Source: Candidatus Brocadiia bacterium
GTDB taxonomy: Bacteria; Planctomycetota; Brocadiia; SM23-32
Direction: 5' to 3'
Length of the DNA stretch: 10,360 nucleotides
NCBI GenBank assembly: GCA_046538485.1
Contig: JBKHIT010000102.1
Span: forward strand, 1-10,360
Part shown: piece by piece, positions 7,543-10,360 of the stretch
How the letters are laid out: every line of letters starts with the position of its first letter
How positions within the stretch are numbered: position 1 is the first letter of the stretch
The notes under the pieces: generated by a model
The model's input: only the letters and a program-made list of their open reading frames with translations
Databases searched by the model: none
What the model was told of the DNA's origin: nothing
Translations under genes and position numbers: made by a program

Positions 7543-7894
7543 GAAAGCGCTCCTTCATGAATCGGAGCATGCGCGCCAGAACCTTCCGCGATCGCCGCTC
7601 CCGGATGAGAACAAAAGCAAGGATCACAAACGACAGGACGCAGGCAAATGCCACCGCCGAGGCTCCGGTGAAGTCCTCCTCGGTGGCCTCTGTTTTCTCC
7701 TTCTGCACCTTCAGCTCCCGGCGACTCTCATCCAGGCGGGACTCGGTTTTCTTGCGTCTCTCTTTCTCTTCTTGAAGCTCGCTCATAAGTGCGGCGGATT
7801 TGTTATCATCCTCATCGCAGCTCGGGCCAGCGGCCAGGACTGCGAAAACGCACAACAGAATTAACATCGTTACGGGCTTAAGATTCTTTTGCAT
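7529..7894 (-). CDS. Putative lipoprotein or signal-anchored coiled-coil protein with C-terminal TM (121 aa)
   Basis: AAGGAGGAG RBS, hydrophobic leader ending AAGPS-C, charged coiled coil, a TM helix and a basic tail. It overlaps the upstream gene by 17 nt. Confidence 0.78.
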   Translation of the reverse strand: MQKNLKPVTMLILLCVFAVLAAGPSCDEDDNKSAALMSELQEEKERRKKTESRLDESRRELKVQKEKTEATEEDFTGASAVAFACVLSFVILAFVLIRERRSRKVLARMLRFMKERFHVFL

Positions 7895-8453
7895 CGCTCT
7901 CCTCCTTCACTTTCCAGAAGTCCCATCCGTTGGAGACGCCCTTGCGCCCCAGGCCCTCTTCCTCCCGGTGCTTCTCGGTGGCTTTCAGCATGGCACCCGA
8001 CATAGAGCGCTCAACCTCTCCGATGGCGGGACCGCTGAGGATCCGTATGGCTTTCCCGGATTTGTATCGGGGTCGGCTGACTACTTCCGCTTCGTAATGG
8101 ACACCCTGATAGTGGGCTTCCAGGATGGTGCCGACTTCAGGCCACTCATGGTCTATTTTCCGGCGTTTGCGGGTCCCGGTTTCTTCCTGAGAACTGTCTT
8201 CTTGAGAGGCCTCTTCTTGAGTATTCGCTTCTTGAGAGTGCGTATCGTTTACGCACCCGGCCGGAGAATCATCGGACTGCGTAACACTTACGCATTCGGA
8301 CTGCCCATGTTCTGAGTGCTCGCGCGCGCCCTCGCGCGAGAGAGTAACATCTTGAGCTGCGGAACCGGACAGGACCCCATGATCTCGCAGCCACTCATAG
8401 TCCGGCACTGTGAGCCGGGATGCGGCCTGTGCTAATGCTCCATCTGTCGACAT
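7878..8453 (-). CDS. RAMA/DUF4357-like domain protein (191 aa) with an acidic linker
   Basis: AGGAGGAGGAG RBS before ATG 8453. The C-terminal pattern GTILEAHYQGVHYEAEV…G…SMSGA…NGWDFWKV matches RAMA-like (and DUF2924-like) folds. Confidence 0.7.
   Translation of the reverse strand: MSTDGALAQAASRLTVPDYEWLRDHGVLSGSAAQDVTLSREGAREHSEHGQSECVSVTQSDDSPAGCVNDTHSQEANTQEEASQEDSSQEETGTRKRRKIDHEWPEVGTILEAHYQGVHYEAEVVSRPRYKSGKAIRILSGPAIGEVERSMSGAMLKATEKHREEEGLGRKGVSNGWDFWKVKEESDAKES
8182..8241. repeat. Four degenerate 15-bp tandem repeats encoding (S/T)QExx
   Basis: tcttcctgagaactg / tcttcttgagaggcc / tcttcttgagtattc / gcttcttgagagtgc. Confidence 0.75.
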
Positions 8454-8484
8454 AGGTCTCCTCCTCCTGTAGTGGAAGTAAATG

Positions 8485-8523
8485 AAAAAGGCGCCCCCCG
8501 GAAAAAGATGTTCAGGTGACGCC
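8485..8523 (-). terminator. Imperfect intrinsic terminator or attenuator between the vWA and RAMA genes
   Basis: The minus strand reads GGCGTCACCTGAA…TTCCGGGGGGCGCC followed by TTTTTCATTT. Confidence 0.45.
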
Positions 8524-8549
8524 GACAAAGAATACGTAACTCAAAAAGT

Positions 8550-9509
8550 TCAGGCGCTGCCTGCCCTTTTTCTCTCCGTCAGAACCTCACAGAGCTCTCC
8601 CGCAAACGTCCGGGGGAGCTCTTCCAGACGATGGATGACTGCGTTCCGGGGAAAGATTTTCTGAACGCAATCCGCCATGATTCCTATCCCGACCGGCTCG
8701 ATCGCCACACCTTCCAGTCTCTCCACTGCCCGGCAGGCGTGCTGCATCGTCACCGATTCGTCCCAGGCGCCCACAACCGGCTGACCGTCCGTCAGACAAA
8801 AAAGCGCTTTCCGGTATTCCGGCCTCGAAGCCAGCCTTTTGCCGGCAAATAGCAGGCTTTCTCCCAGGGGAGTCAAGGCCTGGCACCGCACTGACCCCAT
8901 CCTGGCCGCCGCCCGTCGCCAGGGCTCCCCGAACTGCTTCAGAAGAGCATGGTAAAGAGGTACCATCCGGGTGTATTTCTTCGCCAGCTCTTCGGTCGGC
9001 TCCCCCGTCTGCTGGGAGACCTCGTAGCGAAGATTTCGATCGATTGTGGAGAATCCAATGATTTCGGTGGGATACCCAATCCGTGAGAGAACTTCCCCGA
9101 AGATCAGGGCCAGCCGCCTCGCCATGCGGATCTGATCTCCATCCATGCTGCTGGAAAGATCCAGAAGAAGCGTGCAGGCGGTCCTGCCGCCCTCGCTTAT
9201 CTTTCGTTTTCGGAAGATGCGAGACGAACGTCCTACGGAAAGTCTGTGCAGCGCACCTGGATCGAGCCTGCCCCGGGACCTGCCCCTCTGCCAGCGCATC
9301 TCCTTCCGGCCCCGGAGGGTCTGAACGAGCCTACGGAGGAGACCGGACAGATAAGGCCGGAGTTTATTCATCTCCCCCGCTGGATCGAAGTCTTTGCGCG
9401 GCTCGGGCACTTCCACCACGTCATGCTCGCGCGTGTACACGCGATACGGCTGCTCCTCGGATTCCTCCCGGGACAGCTCGTATTCGATCTCCGAACTGAG
9501 CCTGTCCAT
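8550..9509 (-). CDS. CobT-like C-terminal vWA domain (3' part of a frameshifted gene)
   Basis: YRVYTREHD, RGRLDPGAL…RIFRKR, and MIDAS motifs LLLDLSSSM, LTPLGE and LTDGQP, plus VGIGI. Confidence 0.85.
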   Translation of the reverse strand: MDRLSSEIEYELSREESEEQPYRVYTREHDVVEVPEPRKDFDPAGEMNKLRPYLSGLLRRLVQTLRGRKEMRWQRGRSRGRLDPGALHRLSVGRSSRIFRKRKISEGGRTACTLLLDLSSSMDGDQIRMARRLALIFGEVLSRIGYPTEIIGFSTIDRNLRYEVSQQTGEPTEELAKKYTRMVPLYHALLKQFGEPWRRAAARMGSVRCQALTPLGESLLFAGKRLASRPEYRKALFCLTDGQPVVGAWDESVTMQHACRAVERLEGVAIEPVGIGIMADCVQKIFPRNAVIHRLEELPRTFAGELCEVLTERKRAGSA

Positions 9510-10291
9510 CGGGCTCTCAGCCCCCGCGTGCGCGGGTTCTGAACGGTGTTGGCCGTCGGGCTCCCCAGAGGGGTGCCCTGCTGGCCTTCGTCCCGGTTTG
9601 ACCCATCTGTGTGGGTTTTCTCCGGGCTCTGCGGCCCCTCAGAAGTCTCTTCTGGATCGGCCGGCCTGTTATCATCGGGATTACCGTCAGACGCTGGTGA
9701 ATCGGGGATTTGCCCCCGGATTTTCTCCCAGATCGCCAGGGCAAGATCGACCACATCGGAAGTATCCTCGCAGAACCCAAGTTCCTCCAGCTCGGCCTGG
9801 CATTCATCGGCCAGATCGTAGGCTTCCGGGGCGATCCAGTCCTGATCGGATCTTCCGGAGGCCCGGATGTAAAGGGCAGAGGTAAAATGCTGAAACGGAT
9901 CTTCGCTCGGGCGTTTGGACGCCTTATCGCTGACGAAATCAAAGGCCCGGCGCAGATTCACGGCCGATCCGGGGAACTTCTCGGCCATCAGTTCCTCAAC
10001 GCGGGCATCTTCCAGGGTGTTGAGGATGGAAAAGGCCCTTTTGCCGTGTTTTTGCTGAAACTCCGGTCCGATCTCGGTTTCGGTGAAGATGGCGTGGGCG
10101 CATTCGTGATCGGCCCAACCACGGATGGTCGGCAGAACTCCCTCAGGCATGTTCTCGGGCAGGGACGGCAGGTAGATGGTCTCGCCATCGGTCTCGCAGG
10201 AAGTGCCCCGGCAGACCAGACGCAGCCCGTATCTTTCAGTAATGACGCGACTGACTTTTTCCAGCGCAGTTTCGAGCTGAGTGGAAGTCAT
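9368..10291 (-). CDS. CobT-like N-terminal metallopeptidase-like domain (5' part of a frameshifted gene)
   Basis: TDGETIYLP, DHECAH (HExxH) and NTLEDARVE, then an acidic Pro-rich linker. The last ~70 aa look out of frame. Confidence 0.8.
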   Translation of the reverse strand: MTSTQLETALEKVSRVITERYGLRLVCRGTSCETDGETIYLPSLPENMPEGVLPTIRGWADHECAHAIFTETEIGPEFQQKHGKRAFSILNTLEDARVEELMAEKFPGSAVNLRRAFDFVSDKASKRPSEDPFQHFTSALYIRASGRSDQDWIAPEAYDLADECQAELEELGFCEDTSDVVDLALAIWEKIRGQIPDSPASDGNPDDNRPADPEETSEGPQSPEKTHTDGSNRDEGQQGTPLGSPTANTVQNPRTRGLRARWTGSVRRSNTSCPGRNPRSSRIACTRASMTWWKCPSRAKTSIQRGR

Positions 10292-10333
10292 GGTTTTTGC
10301 TTTCTTTAACGGTTAGATGCAAGATGAAAGTGC

Positions 10334-10354
10334 GCCACCCGGCGGGCGGCTTTT
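10334..10354. terminator. Short GC-rich hairpin upstream of the CobT-like gene
   Basis: GCCACCC-ggc-GGGCGGC followed by TTTT on +. It pairs fully, with one G-U, on the minus strand. Confidence 0.3.
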
Positions 10355-10360
10355 ATGTAT

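Noticed and set aside
8550..10291. Cobalamin biosynthesis cobT
   Set aside because: There are no cob genes in the window and the context is mobile-element-like, so no gene symbol was assigned.
7173..10309. Plus-strand ORFs over the right-hand operon (e.g. 7358-7864, 7800-8315, 9710-10309)
   Set aside because: They are antisense shadows of GC-rich minus-strand genes.
1..10360. CRISPR array, tRNA/rRNA, transposase, reverse transcriptase or template repeat
   Set aside because: I saw no regularly spaced repeats, cloverleaf motifs, DDE or YxDD-type ORFs, or AAC-rich copy of the VR on either strand by eye.

Overview
Accessory, probably mobile-element DNA. The host is most likely a Planctomycetota-like bacterium, inferred from the 'WPFDAEEAKRRQ' FGE-sulfatase N-terminal motif. 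From left to right: (1) a possible integration junction at about 39-136; (2) a 3'-only remnant of an McrB-like gene abutting an intact DUF2357/PD-(D/E)XK (McrC-like) nuclease gene; (3) a small orphan membrane-protein gene behind a near-consensus sigma70 promoter; (4) a cluster of exported proteins: two FGE-sulfatase/C-type-lectin-fold (CLec) genes, an opposite-strand exported protein and a decayed third CLec 3' end; (5) a more GC-rich minus-strand operon encoding a frameshifted CobT-like metallopeptidase-vWA protein, a RAMA-like domain protein and three overlapping small membrane proteins. The second CLec gene has the codon signature and A-free 3' flank expected of a diversity-generating retroelement (DGR) variable region. 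No reverse transcriptase or template repeat was found in the window, so it would be a remote target. All family calls come from motif recognition by eye; no database searches were run.
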